The notes under the pieces are model-generated. The model had not been told where the DNA came from, searched no databases, and saw only the letters and a program-made list of their open reading frames with translations. A stretch of DNA of 64,000 bases from Candidatus Kapaibacterium sp. (GTDB lineage: Bacteria > Bacteroidota > Ignavibacteria > Kapaibacteriales > UBA2268): positions 2,255,007 to 2,319,006 of the forward strand of contig OY762428.1 of NCBI GenBank assembly GCA_963665665.1. The letters are read 5' to 3'. Below, one piece after another: positions 31,194 through 41,961 of this stretch. Each line of letters begins with the position of its first letter. Within the stretch, counting starts at the first letter, position 1. The position numbers and the translations under genes were made by a program.

Positions 31194-32807
31194 TTATTCT
31201 TTTGCATCATCTTCTTTGTTTTTTCCAAAATGGCTGAGTATATCAACGCCTGTTGCATTCTCGATCATTTCGGAAAGTGAGACGACCGATCCCGGGAGCT
31301 GGTTTACAAGCTTGGAAATATTATTTCCGCCATTGTCGCCGTTTCCGCTGTCAATCATTGTTATCTTGTCAATATTAATACCCTTTATTGATGAAGTAAG
31401 GGTATCGACAATCTGCGGAAGCATTTGCAGCATGAATACTTTATCTCCCTTACCGTCCGCACTGAGATATGCGCCTATCATCTGCTCAAGCACCATACGG
31501 CGTGCTTCACCGTCAGCGATAATTGATGCAGCCTCGCCTTTTGCTTCAAGTTCCAGTGCTTCTTTCCTGGCTTTAGCCGGTTCGATAACGTCAGCCTGCA
31601 GGCGTTTCTTCTGGAGGATAATCCTTTCCTCTTCCATTTCCTGCTCGTATTTGGCCTGAGCTTTCTGTCCTGCAACTTCAGCTTCTTTTTCCATGATAAT
31701 TGCTTCTTTTTCAAGCTCGGCTTTCTTCATCCTCAGGTTGTTGCGTTCAGTTTCAACTTCCTGACCGGCAAGTGCTTCAGAAACTTTAACATTTCTGTCC
31801 GAACTGATCTGCGCCTGTTCCACGGCCTGTTTGGATTCTGCTCTGGCCTTTTCGGCTTCTGCATTAGCAAGCGCTTCTGCCGCTTTGGCTTCTGCCTGCT
31901 TGCGTGAATTAGCAATATTAACATTCTGTTGCGACTCAATCTGTGCTGTTTCAATTTCCTGTTTGGCCTTTGCATTTGCTTTCTCAACTTTTTCCTTTGC
32001 AAGTGCGGCAGCTTCCTTGGCGTCGGCTTCTTTCATCGAGTTCTTGATATTAATATTCTGCTGAACTTCAATCTGTGCTGTTTCAATATCCTGCTTGGCT
32101 TTTGCCCTGGCAATCTCGGCTCTTTTCACGCCATCAGCTTCGGCTTCTTCAGCTTCGGCTTTTTTGTCCGCCTCGGCCTTTTTAGCCTGGGCAATTACCT
32201 CGGCAGTTTTCATACGTCCGATAGAATCCAGATAGCCTCTTTCATCGGAAATATTCGTGATTTTCAAAGTGTCAAGTTTCAAACCCAGTTTTTCCAGGTC
32301 GGTATCGGCTTCTTCCATCAGCTTCTGAGCAAATTTCAACCTGTCCTCGTTTACTTCTTCCGGGGTCAGCGAGGCAAGGACTCCGCGAAGGTTACCTTCC
32401 AGGTTGTCCTTGGCTATAGCATGGATCTCTTCCTGGTTCATTGTCAGGAATCTTTCCACGGCATTTCCGAAAATCGGTTCTGTAGCATCAATCTTAATAT
32501 TTGCGATAGCATCCACTACCAGCGGAATACCGCCTTTGGAATATGCATTATGAACAGAGAGTTCAATCGGAATAGTTTCAAGCGACATGCGGGATGCTTT
32601 TTCGAGCAGCGGTATCTTTATGGCTCTCCCGCCCCTGATCATCCTGAATCCGACAATCGAACCGTCAGATAGTTTTCGTTTACGCCCCGATAGTATTATA
32701 ACTTCGTTCGGCTGAGCGATCAGCAGAAGCCTGCTTACTGCTATCATAACTATCAGCAGGGCAGCTGCTGCGATTACAACAAGCACTAGTATTGCACTGT
32801 TTTCCAT
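31194..32807 (-). CDS. flotillin-like SPFH/band-7 protein (YqiK/FloT family)
   Basis: An N-terminal TM helix and SPFH domain are followed by a long Ala/Glu/Lys/Gln coiled coil. The coiled coil carries near-identical roughly 40-aa protein repeats (AKAKQDIETAQIEVQQNINIKNSMKEADAK...), which are also visible as roughly 120-bp tandem DNA repeats. Confidence 0.85.
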   Translation of the reverse strand: MENSAILVLVVIAAAALLIVMIAVSRLLLIAQPNEVIILSGRKRKLSDGSIVGFRMIRGGRAIKIPLLEKASRMSLETIPIELSVHNAYSKGGIPLVVDAIANIKIDATEPIFGNAVERFLTMNQEEIHAIAKDNLEGNLRGVLASLTPEEVNEDRLKFAQKLMEEADTDLEKLGLKLDTLKITNISDERGYLDSIGRMKTAEVIAQAKKAEADKKAEAEEAEADGVKRAEIARAKAKQDIETAQIEVQQNINIKNSMKEADAKEAAALAKEKVEKANAKAKQEIETAQIESQQNVNIANSRKQAEAKAAEALANAEAEKARAESKQAVEQAQISSDRNVKVSEALAGQEVETERNNLRMKKAELEKEAIIMEKEAEVAGQKAQAKYEQEMEEERIILQKKRLQADVIEPAKARKEALELEAKGEAASIIADGEARRMVLEQMIGAYLSADGKGDKVFMLQMLPQIVDTLTSSIKGINIDKITMIDSGNGDNGGNNISKLVNQLPGSVVSLSEMIENATGVDILSHFGKNKEDDAKE

Positions 32808-32819
32808 AGTAAGTTCTCC

Positions 32820-33431
32820 TTAGTTTAAGTAATCTGTTTCTACAATGTAAGCCATATTGTCTTTCACTTCAATAATAAGAACCCTGTCACCGAATTTGAA
32901 TTGATTTTTCTTTGAAGCATCAGAAATCTTTGCTTTTAATTCAATTGTGTTTCCTCCGGCACATACAGATATCTTTCCTTTTTCTTTTCCGCTCAGTCCA
33001 AGCAATACCTTTCCTGTTCTTCCTTTCAATGTACCGAGCTGCAAAGATTCACCGCTTTGGGAAGTCAGAAGGTATTTATAAAATTTATGGCCTGTTACCC
33101 AGGACATTGCCCCAATACCGACGGATGCCGCCAGTGTGATCAGGAAATTTGCGGACATAAGCTCCAGCACTGTTCCGGTCAGCCCGAAAAAAGCCATGAA
33201 AAAGATAATATTTCTGAAACTCAGGAACTTTGCAGCATCGGCAGCATCGCCCTGGTGGTCAATATCTCCTGAATGGTCAACATCGTGGCTCAGGTCGGGA
33301 TCACCCCCGGAAAGATCATGGCCACCCGCGTGAGCGTCAAGTTCATGGCTTCCGTGGCTGTCTCCCATTATAAAGCTGGCTCCGAGCAGGATACCGCCAA
33401 AAATCAGACAAGATAAGTATAGAATAAACAT
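32820..33431 (-). CDS. NfeD-family membrane protein (YqiJ-like) with His/Asp-rich insert
   Basis: TM helices plus a C-terminal OB-fold-like beta domain (GKVLLGLSGKEKGKISVCAGGNTIELKAKI...RVLIIEVKDNMAYIVE). It sits immediately upstream of the flotillin gene, as in yqiJK. It contains GDSHGSHELDAHAGGHDLSGGDPDLSHDVDHSGDIDHQGD. Confidence 0.65.
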   Translation of the reverse strand: MFILYLSCLIFGGILLGASFIMGDSHGSHELDAHAGGHDLSGGDPDLSHDVDHSGDIDHQGDAADAAKFLSFRNIIFFMAFFGLTGTVLELMSANFLITLAASVGIGAMSWVTGHKFYKYLLTSQSGESLQLGTLKGRTGKVLLGLSGKEKGKISVCAGGNTIELKAKISDASKKNQFKFGDRVLIIEVKDNMAYIVETDYLN

Positions 33432-33879
33432 CTTTTACTCCCGAAAAATTACAATTTTACAATTTCAAGGGTCGGATATTCCGGCGCTAAGTGGTCATTT
33501 GATTCAATCAGAAAGCGAAATATAGCTTAATATTTTAAATTTTCAAAAGTGATTTTTAATTCGTAGGATAAAATTGATTTTGCTCCGAATATCAGGATTT
33601 CAAACAATCAATCATAGCGCTATGAACACTCAATGGCAAGCCAATAAATTGAATATCTGGAGCTGAATAATTATATCCCGGTTTCGATATTGCTTTCCCG
33701 GTAAATAATTATTCAAATAATTGTCTGCCGGGAAATTCCTGGTATGTTTGTGGTGGTAATCATATTGTCAAGGCCTCCGAAATTGTTAAACCTCTTACTA
33801 ATAAATACGGATAAAAATTCCGGGGGTTTCAAAAATCGGAATGCAGATTATCGAAAATTGATAGTGAATTATGAGATAG

Positions 33880-35112
33880 CTATTTGAACCTTAAAGCGCG
33901 GGCCGGGCTAATCCTGACAGCAATCAATGCAGGAATGAAAGTAGCAAGAAATGCCATGAATACCGAAACACCGATGACTATAACGAAATGCCAGGGAGAC
34001 ATACTGATAGGAATTGCATCAAGGAAGTAAATCTCGCCTTTCAGGCTAATAATCTCGTATTTCTGCTGTATCAGGCACAAAATAAATGCCAGAAGCGAAC
34101 CTGATATTGTACCGATAAAACCGGTCATTGTTCCCCTGAAAACAAAAATACTGACTATCTGGGAGCCTTTCATTCCGAGTGAACGGAGAATTCCAATGGT
34201 ACGGGTTTTTTCTACCACAATAACAAGAAGAGTTGTAATAATGTTCAGGACGGCAACAATGCTTATCAATGCAAGCACTATGGGTATTGGTTGTTTCTGC
34301 AATTCTATCCATGAGAAAATTGCCGAATGCTTTTCGTAAACAGTTTCTGTAAAATAAGGAAAACCAAGCTGATCATCCATGTGCCTGGATACACTTATGG
34401 CCTCTTCGGGATTTTTCAACATAATATCGATAGAAGTGGCCTGAGCTGGTGGAATCCTGTATAGCCCTGCAGCTGATTTCATAGGTATAAATATATATGT
34501 TTCATCATATTGGCTCATACCTGTGCGGTAAAGCCCCCTGACTTTGAAACGTGATATTCGCGCATCAGGTATTGCACCCGCCGACAACCCGGCATTTTTG
34601 AGTGTATATAGTATTATTTTGTCCCCCGGCTTCACATTCAGTTTGTTTGCCAGAGGAACACCGATTATTGCTTCCCTGGCCGAATCCGAACTAAAAGCAA
34701 AATGGCCTTCTTTCAGGTTTTCTTCGAGCGATGTAATATCCAACCCCGGCTGCATCCCCCTTATCACCACTCCGTCAGTATAAGTTTTTGTCCTGACAAG
34801 CCCCTCGCGTTCAATTACCGGAGCCATTGCTTCCAGGTCGCTATAATTATCGCGAAGTGTATTCATAACTTCATGATAATTATATATAGGAGTCCTGTTA
34901 AATGTTTTTATTGAAATATGGGAGCTGAATTTAATGGCATTTTCGTGCAATTTGTCATCAAAGCCTTCGAGTACCGACAATGACAGTATCAGAGCCATAC
35001 TTCCAAGCATTACGCTTAGAAGTGCCGCAATTCTGACAAACCAGACAAAACGGCTTTTTCCCTTTCCGGAAGTTACTTTCTCTGCAATATATTTTATATT
35101 TCCACCTGTCAT
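33880..35112 (-). CDS. FtsX-like ABC transporter permease (LolC/E / MacB-type)
   Basis: 410 aa. An N-terminal TM helix, a large periplasmic loop and a C-terminal 3-TM FtsX domain (...ILRSLGMKGSQIVSIF...). No cognate ATPase is adjacent. Confidence 0.8.
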   Translation of the reverse strand: MTGGNIKYIAEKVTSGKGKSRFVWFVRIAALLSVMLGSMALILSLSVLEGFDDKLHENAIKFSSHISIKTFNRTPIYNYHEVMNTLRDNYSDLEAMAPVIEREGLVRTKTYTDGVVIRGMQPGLDITSLEENLKEGHFAFSSDSAREAIIGVPLANKLNVKPGDKIILYTLKNAGLSAGAIPDARISRFKVRGLYRTGMSQYDETYIFIPMKSAAGLYRIPPAQATSIDIMLKNPEEAISVSRHMDDQLGFPYFTETVYEKHSAIFSWIELQKQPIPIVLALISIVAVLNIITTLLVIVVEKTRTIGILRSLGMKGSQIVSIFVFRGTMTGFIGTISGSLLAFILCLIQQKYEIISLKGEIYFLDAIPISMSPWHFVIVIGVSVFMAFLATFIPALIAVRISPARALRFK

Positions 35113-35261
35113 TATGCAAAGATATGAAAAAGGCAGAAAAGAATTTTACAGGATAAAGAATATTATTCAAATACTGCTGACACTAATTAACTTTAAAACA
35201 ATATATCTTTAATCCCTTAATACAAATTGAATACTCCCGAATCCACTGTAATATAAAAAAA

Positions 35262-35300
35262 AGGCTGCCCTTAAAAAACAGGACAGCCCAAGTTATGCCT
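35262..35300 (-). terminator. terminator downstream of S8 peptidase gene
   Basis: An imperfect hairpin GGCTGCCC..GGACAGCC with A8 immediately 5' on the plus strand. This reads as a T run following the hairpin on the minus strand. Confidence 0.5.
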
Positions 35301-35317
35301 TAATCATTGTTGAATGA

Positions 35318-38300
35318 TTATCTTACAATATTTAGTTTTCTTGCATAATCCTTACCGCCGGTTCTGATGATAATCAGGTAGGTTCCGGATGGAATTTCGC
35401 TGATATCAAATTCAACATTACGGCTGCCTATAAGATTTTCTTTATCATACAAGTTGCCGATAATTCTGCCAGTCATATCAACAAGATCTATCCTGATATT
35501 TAATGGGTTAGTAAATTCCAAAGGTATTGCTACCTTATTGTGTGCCGGGTTCGGAGAAGGCATTCCTATTGAGTATCCTTCGCCTTTGATAATTTCATTA
35601 ACAGATCCCGGATCTACTGCAAAGCCTTCAAGAACAACTGATAAAGGAGAATTATCGGCAATGCTGTAAACTTTCAGCTCGCCTTTTCTTAATCCGGCTT
35701 TCGCAGGTTTGAACCTTATGCGGAATCTTTCTGTCTGTCCTATCTGTATTTGTTCGGGGGCAGCCATCATAAACGAGAACTCTGCGTCCCCTCCCTGTGG
35801 ATCGTCATCGGTGATAACTGAATTTGTAATATCAATATCAACTTCGCCGGTATTTTCAATTTCTGCAAAGGATGTTTTGGTTTTCCCGACCTCAAGAGTA
35901 TCAAATACAAGTTTATTACCTGTTTTCAGGGTCAGTTCCTTCTTTGCCCCGGGGGGTATATAATTAAACAGCAGATTGTTAATATATTGCGAGAAATACC
36001 ATACAAGCATTTTGTTTCCACTTTGCGGCACTGCGCAACCGGTCTGTGCTCCGTTTGCTTCTTCTGATAAAGCCGGGAACCACTTTTGCCCCATATTCGA
36101 AGAAAGATAAACCTGGCCTCCGCTGCCAATAATTCCTATCATCTCGGATTCAGGCGGGCTGAACAGATTTACAGGACGCAAACCAATATCTGTAAGGTTG
36201 AATTTATTCTTAACCCAGTTGTTGCCACCATCACTTGTTGAAGCAACGAGCAAATCGGAATCGGCATCTGCCGATTCAGTATAAACAGCAATACCCTTGT
36301 TCTCATCAATGAAGCCGATATAATAAACATAACTGCCGGAATTAATCGTTGATACTCTCCAGTCAGCGCCACGGTTGGTAGTTCTGTAAACACGGCCCGT
36401 TGTTGTACCGAACCAGCCGTAATCTCCCATCCAGTATGTTGACCCGACATAACCGGTTTCCTGTGCTCCTGCAGCAGGGATACCTTCAACTCTTGCCCAG
36501 GTTTTACCGCCGTCAGTTGTTGAGCCTATACCCCAGTTCTCTCCCAACGGGTCACCGAGGAAAATACCATTATTCTCATCAAAGAAATTAATATCATTAA
36601 TAAAGCCGGTTATCGAATTTACAGCTATTGTTGACCATGAAGAACCCGTGTTAACTGTTCTGTATATTCTTGCACTTCCATTGGAAGGCCCGTCGCCAAG
36701 GCAGGCGGTTGTTTCATTGATAATTCCAACTGCATAAACAGGATTGTTTGTAGCTTTGTTTATCGTTGAACCATTAGGGCCGACCTTGAAATAAATACCA
36801 CCGTAAACAGCGCTCTGCCCGGCAGCCCAGACAACATTTGAACCCTGGTATTTGGCTGAATGAAATACAGCATAGAACCAGTCCGGAAGGGCTGTTACAT
36901 TATTAAATACATTGTTGCTGCCAATCTGTATCGGAATTCGAACCATCTGGTAGTCTGTATAATTAGTGGCTTCAAATTTAACCAGAAGTTTGGCATATCC
37001 CTCAAACCATGGATTTATATCAAGCAACCTGAGCCTTATATCAAAATCCTTTGTCTGGTTCATGGAAAGTACACCGATATTGAACTCACTGTTTTCAATG
37101 CTGACATATTTATCCATCGGTGTGATAGTTATCTTCAGGTCAGATACATTAGCAAGGAAGTTATGCGTTTCCATATTAATTATACGGCTTTCAAAGTTAT
37201 CAAGGACATCACTTCCTTCAATTGATAATTCTGTTATTTCGCATCCGGGAGCGCTAAGCTGAGGATTTTTATCATTATAAGCAAGGGCTTTATATGCATT
37301 TATCCTTCCGTAAAGCAAGGGCCTTAGATCAGGATCCGATGTTAAAACATTATCAGATGTTGACCTTATCTGGTGGATGATCTGTTTCGGCGACCAATCC
37401 GGATGGTAAGCTGCAACAAGGCCACACACGCCTGCCGTTACCGGAGAAGCCATTGAAGTACCGTTCTGACTGGAGTATGTATCCGTTGGATATGTTGCCC
37501 TGATGCTCTGCCCGGGGGTAAAAACTGTCGTATAGTGGCCATAGTTACTGAAACTTGCCATTTTATTGTTTGAAGCAGAAGCACCAACGCAAAGTACGTT
37601 GTCATATTTTGCAGGATATTGATCGTAAGTATCCAGATTTGAACCGTCATTTCCTGCTGCAACTACAACAATTGAACCCATTTCGGTAACTTCGTTAATT
37701 ATTTCCTGTGCTGCCGGGCTGAAACCCGGGCCGCCCCAGGAACAGTTAATAATTTTTGCGCCCATTCTTGCAGCATAAAGAATACCTTCGTACCCACGGT
37801 AAATTCCCTGAACGCTCCCGTTGTCTGCACTGCATTTTACAGGCAGCAGCGAACAATTGAATCCTGTTCCGGCAACACCGAGTTCGTTATCGGTAACTGC
37901 TGATGCACATCCGGCAACATGTGTGCCGTGATGGTTCGATGTCAGAGCAGGTTTAGGATTATTGTCTTCCCTGAATGATCCGTTGGCAGCCTGGTTCTGG
38001 TCGATATTTCCCACAAGGTCCCAGCCGTTAACATCATCAATTTTTCCATTATTATCATCATCTTCGCCATTATCGGGAATTTCATTCGGGTTTGTCCAGA
38101 TGTTGGCTTCCAGGTCCGGGTGGTCAATCTGTGTTCCGGAATCAACAATACCTATAAGCACATCCTTGCTGCCTTTGCTGATATCCCATGCTTTTTTCAG
38201 TTCAATATTATTAACAGCCCACTGATTATTAAGAAGCGGATCGTTGGGTGTATATTCAAACGGTTGATGAATAAATACGGGAACGGCATATTCAACTTCC

Positions 38301-38767
38301 GGATTGTCCATCAGTTCCCGGCAGACATCATACGGATCAACAGGCGCTGAATATGTTAATTCATAAATTTTTGTAATCTCGCTGCTTTCGGTAGAAGGAG
38401 CATTCCTGTCCTCGAATGGCGCCCTGATTGATTTGATACCAAGGTCGCTGATAGAGGATTGAAGAGTTGAATTTCTGAATCCTTTGTCACCGGCATCGAC
38501 AAGGAATTTTTGCCTGGTTTTAATATGAATCATTCCCTGAACATAGTGTTCGGGTGATACTTTTGGAATACGATATTTTTTTGCTGCAGAATAGTAATCA
38601 GCAGAAATTTTCTTTCCCGGTACATTAATCGTATATGCGAGTTTGAAATCATCGTCAGTTTGTTTCACCGATTTCGGGTATTTAACCGGAGGAGCAGCTG
38701 CAAAAGCACCTGAACTTGCAACAGCAAACATTATCATCATACATAAAGCGGTCATTTTTCTTATCAT
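35318..38767 (-). CDS. S8 family (subtilisin-like) serine peptidase with BNR/Ycf48-like repeats and T9SS C-terminal domain
   Basis: The catalytic triad contexts are GIVDSGTQIDHPDL, HGTHVAGCAS and GTSMASPVTAGV. Repeated S/T-x-D-G-G-x-T/N-W blocks follow. The C-terminus (...TYLIIIRTGGKDYARKLNIVR) is a T9SS sorting domain. A signal peptide is present. Confidence 0.85.
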   Translation of the reverse strand: MIRKMTALCMMIMFAVASSGAFAAAPPVKYPKSVKQTDDDFKLAYTINVPGKKISADYYSAAKKYRIPKVSPEHYVQGMIHIKTRQKFLVDAGDKGFRNSTLQSSISDLGIKSIRAPFEDRNAPSTESSEITKIYELTYSAPVDPYDVCRELMDNPEVEYAVPVFIHQPFEYTPNDPLLNNQWAVNNIELKKAWDISKGSKDVLIGIVDSGTQIDHPDLEANIWTNPNEIPDNGEDDDNNGKIDDVNGWDLVGNIDQNQAANGSFREDNNPKPALTSNHHGTHVAGCASAVTDNELGVAGTGFNCSLLPVKCSADNGSVQGIYRGYEGILYAARMGAKIINCSWGGPGFSPAAQEIINEVTEMGSIVVVAAGNDGSNLDTYDQYPAKYDNVLCVGASASNNKMASFSNYGHYTTVFTPGQSIRATYPTDTYSSQNGTSMASPVTAGVCGLVAAYHPDWSPKQIIHQIRSTSDNVLTSDPDLRPLLYGRINAYKALAYNDKNPQLSAPGCEITELSIEGSDVLDNFESRIINMETHNFLANVSDLKITITPMDKYVSIENSEFNIGVLSMNQTKDFDIRLRLLDINPWFEGYAKLLVKFEATNYTDYQMVRIPIQIGSNNVFNNVTALPDWFYAVFHSAKYQGSNVVWAAGQSAVYGGIYFKVGPNGSTINKATNNPVYAVGIINETTACLGDGPSNGSARIYRTVNTGSSWSTIAVNSITGFINDINFFDENNGIFLGDPLGENWGIGSTTDGGKTWARVEGIPAAGAQETGYVGSTYWMGDYGWFGTTTGRVYRTTNRGADWRVSTINSGSYVYYIGFIDENKGIAVYTESADADSDLLVASTSDGGNNWVKNKFNLTDIGLRPVNLFSPPESEMIGIIGSGGQVYLSSNMGQKWFPALSEEANGAQTGCAVPQSGNKMLVWYFSQYINNLLFNYIPPGAKKELTLKTGNKLVFDTLEVGKTKTSFAEIENTGEVDIDITNSVITDDDPQGGDAEFSFMMAAPEQIQIGQTERFRIRFKPAKAGLRKGELKVYSIADNSPLSVVLEGFAVDPGSVNEIIKGEGYSIGMPSPNPAHNKVAIPLEFTNPLNIRIDLVDMTGRIIGNLYDKENLIGSRNVEFDISEIPSGTYLIIIRTGGKDYARKLNIVR

Positions 38768-38908
38768 CCAAATACTCCTTGTTCAAAAAGCTATAAATCA
38801 TATTTCGTAAAGATCTTGAATATACTTATTTTAGATGATAGTTTCAACTGTAAAATTATTATATAATTCCTTATATTATATTTTTCTAACTTTTTCAATT
38901 AAATTGCC

Positions 38909-41206
38909 ATGAAAATTACAAAATATATTCTGATATTTATTACCCTACAGGTTATTCCATTGTCTGCTCAGAACTGGGAATATTTTGAGCGCCGTGTGGA
39001 ATATTACATGAACGAGAATAATATTCCCGAAGCATACAATTGGGCTATGCAGCAACTTCAGTTTACTCTTGAAAAGCACGGTACTGAAAGCGGCTACTAT
39101 CGCCGTACTGCCGGACTGCTTATGGAAATTCACTTTGCTGCCGGAAATATTGATTCCTGCCTTTACTATGCAAAAATCGACAGTTCACTTCAAATTAAGC
39201 ATGGAAAGCCAAACAGGGGAGACAGCTACAGAAAAACCCTGGCATACATGGGGTTCGCTTACCAGGCAAAAAAGCAATTCGGGCTAGCGGAAAATGTACT
39301 GCTCGAAGCTTATGAAAACTGTACCGAATATCATGCATTCAACGATTACGAATGCCTGGATATTAAAACTTTTATAGCCGATATGTACCTTCAGTCCGGT
39401 AATTTTGGAAAAGCACAATATTATATTACCGAGCTTAAGAATATCAGGGAACGCGATAAAAAAAGCAACCCGATTGCATTTGCAAGGATATTGATTAAAT
39501 ATTCCTCCCTGATGATGGAAACCGGAAATTTTAATGCGGCAGACAGCCTGACCGATTTAAGCCTGACTATTTACAAGAAAAACGGCCCTGATACTTTGCT
39601 GGATTATCCCGCAGCAATTGAATTTAAAGCACAACTTGCCTTCAGGAAAGGTAATTTGTTTGAAGTAAACAAAATAATGAAAAAATACATAGAAGCCTCA
39701 AAATTGGTTTACGGCATAAGTGAAACATTTTTCGGCTCAGTAAATATTTATTCTGAACTACTTCAGAATATCAGGTTTTATACCAACGGGGTTTTCTTAC
39801 TTGAAAATGCTCTGCGTGAATTAGAAGAAGCAAATCTGAACAGCCTTTCTTTAAGAAAAACTACCGCTATATTTCAGGAAAAAGCTGGCAAAAAATCCGA
39901 ATCTCTGAAAAATATGCAGGAAGTTTACCAGCAGGAAAGTTCTTCAGCAACAGGAGTGCCGCTTACAACTATTGCCAGCGATGCAAATACCCTGGCCATG
40001 ATGAATGCTGATGCCGGTAAGTATGGCATTGCCGGGCAACTGTTTAATAATGCCCAACTGATGTTCACTAATGTATACGGAGATAACAGTCCGAGCCATG
40101 CTATTGTACTGCAAAACAAAGCTTCGGTACTGGCAATGGAAGGAAATTATCCCGGAGCGATAAGCTCTATCGATAAAGCCATGAATATACTGAGGAAAGA
40201 TACAAACCGCTACCTTCAGTTTATGCTGGCCCTTAAAACAAAAGCTGAAATCCAAAGGAAATCCGGCGATATTGAAGCTGCCTCTAATTCACTCGACACT
40301 GTGGTTATGAACCTTGGGGGACTTATGCCTGGCCATCCCTACTATCCTGTGTTTCTTAATGCCTACGCAGATTATGCCGAGGTGAATATAATACGCGGAA
40401 ACAGTAAAATTGTATATAGCAGGCTGCAGAATATTGCTAATGAGGCTGATTCTGTTTATTATCAAAACAATCCCAATATATTAAAACTAAGGCTGCTTAT
40501 GGCCCTGGCCGGGCTGGAATCCGGGATTAAAAGTTCCGCCTTCAATAACATCTGGGAGGATGCTGAACATTATTATATATATGATTACCCCTTCCTTGAT
40601 TACAAAGCACGGAAATCATTCCGGGAGCTTGCCGTGTTCATCGGCAGCAGGCTGGCAGGAAAGAATCGATTCAGATTTGATAACGGATTAACTGATTTTC
40701 TAATAGCCGGTATTAGTTCAAATTACAAACTGCATCCGTCAATGCTGTTCAATACCGACAGCCTGAGAAATAAAAGCATATTGGATATTTCAGAAGCCGG
40801 AGAACTGAAAATGCTTCTTCTTGGAGGATTCAAAACCAAGGATAATAACCCTTTTTTATACCCTGATTCCGTGGATAAAATAAAAATGGAAAGAGCGGAA
40901 AAACTGAAAGACAGCAAATTATATTATGAAATATTTCCTCAGGCCAAAATAATTAGTTACGCCAATAAAATGATTATTACAGCATCTGATGATAATGTGC
41001 TAATTATTCTTAAAAAATCAGAAAAGATCAGCTCTCATCATTTTAGCATGAAAGATTTTAAAAATCCGAAATCGGGCGAATGGAAAAAGATCAACAAAGC
41101 ATTGAAAGGAATTGACAGAATAGTTGTTATTTCAACCGATAGTAAGCTGAGCAAGGCTGCCAATAGTAATATCCCTGAATCAGTAAAAGTAATATGCGAA
41201 AAATAA
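38909..41206 (+). CDS. tetratricopeptide-repeat protein, secreted
   Basis: A signal peptide is followed by repeated TPR-like helical hairpins (xAxxxxxxAxxYxxxGNxxxA patterns) over about 700 aa. Confidence 0.55.
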   Translation: MKITKYILIFITLQVIPLSAQNWEYFERRVEYYMNENNIPEAYNWAMQQLQFTLEKHGTESGYYRRTAGLLMEIHFAAGNIDSCLYYAKIDSSLQIKHGKPNRGDSYRKTLAYMGFAYQAKKQFGLAENVLLEAYENCTEYHAFNDYECLDIKTFIADMYLQSGNFGKAQYYITELKNIRERDKKSNPIAFARILIKYSSLMMETGNFNAADSLTDLSLTIYKKNGPDTLLDYPAAIEFKAQLAFRKGNLFEVNKIMKKYIEASKLVYGISETFFGSVNIYSELLQNIRFYTNGVFLLENALRELEEANLNSLSLRKTTAIFQEKAGKKSESLKNMQEVYQQESSSATGVPLTTIASDANTLAMMNADAGKYGIAGQLFNNAQLMFTNVYGDNSPSHAIVLQNKASVLAMEGNYPGAISSIDKAMNILRKDTNRYLQFMLALKTKAEIQRKSGDIEAASNSLDTVVMNLGGLMPGHPYYPVFLNAYADYAEVNIIRGNSKIVYSRLQNIANEADSVYYQNNPNILKLRLLMALAGLESGIKSSAFNNIWEDAEHYYIYDYPFLDYKARKSFRELAVFIGSRLAGKNRFRFDNGLTDFLIAGISSNYKLHPSMLFNTDSLRNKSILDISEAGELKMLLLGGFKTKDNNPFLYPDSVDKIKMERAEKLKDSKLYYEIFPQAKIISYANKMIITASDDNVLIILKKSEKISSHHFSMKDFKNPKSGEWKKINKALKGIDRIVVISTDSKLSKAANSNIPESVKVICEK

Positions 41207-41577
41207 ATTGAATTAAGATATCTTAATTGTAAAAAAAATGATTGCTGATAACTTGCGGGATAAGCGGTATACTTGCTGAACTTTTCCGCTACCATCCGGA
41301 TGACAATATCAGCACAGGCGTTTATTTCCTTCATTTCATTGATTCCGAAGGAAACGTTATTTCTCAGAAGATTGTATGGGAGTGATAGGTATTATAAGAG
41401 CGAAATTTCCATATATCTAATCACCAATTCATATAATTTTTAAAAACTAAAATATTATGAAAATAATTTCGACTTTAAGCAAAATTCCGGTTTTAATTTT
41501 TACAAACCGTAAAGTTTCATATTTTTGTACGAGAGTAAATTTTGATAATTTTTTTAACTTTTTCAGGAATATTGGTT

Positions 41578-41901
41578 ATGGCGCAACCATTACATTTAAC
41601 AGACGACATGTTCGAAAACGAAGTAATTAAATCGGATGTTCCGGTAGTAATAGATTTCTGGGCAACATGGTGCGGCCCCTGCCGTATGATTGCTCCGATT
41701 ATCGAGGAAATGGCAAATGAATTCGAAGGTAAAGCAAAGATATGTAAGCTTGATGTTGACAATAACCAGCAGACAGCTATGCAGTTCGGCATTCGTTCTA
41801 TCCCCACAGTTCTTATCTTCAAGAACGGCGAAGTAGTAGAATCTATCGTCGGGGCAGTGCCAAAACAGCAGATTGTCAGCAAGCTTGAAGCCCACATGTA
41901 A
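41578..41901 (+). CDS. trxA: thioredoxin
   Basis: The WCGPC active site is present and the length is 108 aa when started at the internal ATG 41578. The upstream 12 codons of the track ORF are probably not translated. Confidence 0.9.
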   Translation: MAQPLHLTDDMFENEVIKSDVPVVIDFWATWCGPCRMIAPIIEEMANEFEGKAKICKLDVDNNQQTAMQFGIRSIPTVLIFKNGEVVESIVGAVPKQQIVSKLEAHM

Positions 41902-41961
41902 TAAAATTTTAAGGCGGATTCAATTCCGCCTGTTTTTTGTTTATTAAATTGCGAGGTCAAA

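Noticed and set aside
31831-32672. 77-aa and 247-aa + strand ORFs within the flotillin gene
   Set aside because: They are antisense artefacts of the repetitive Ala/Lys/Glu codon structure; the translations are Cys/Phe/Leu-rich nonsense.
41517-41960. 147-aa minus-strand ORF covering thioredoxin
   Set aside because: It lies antisense to trxA, whose WCGPC motif is unambiguous.
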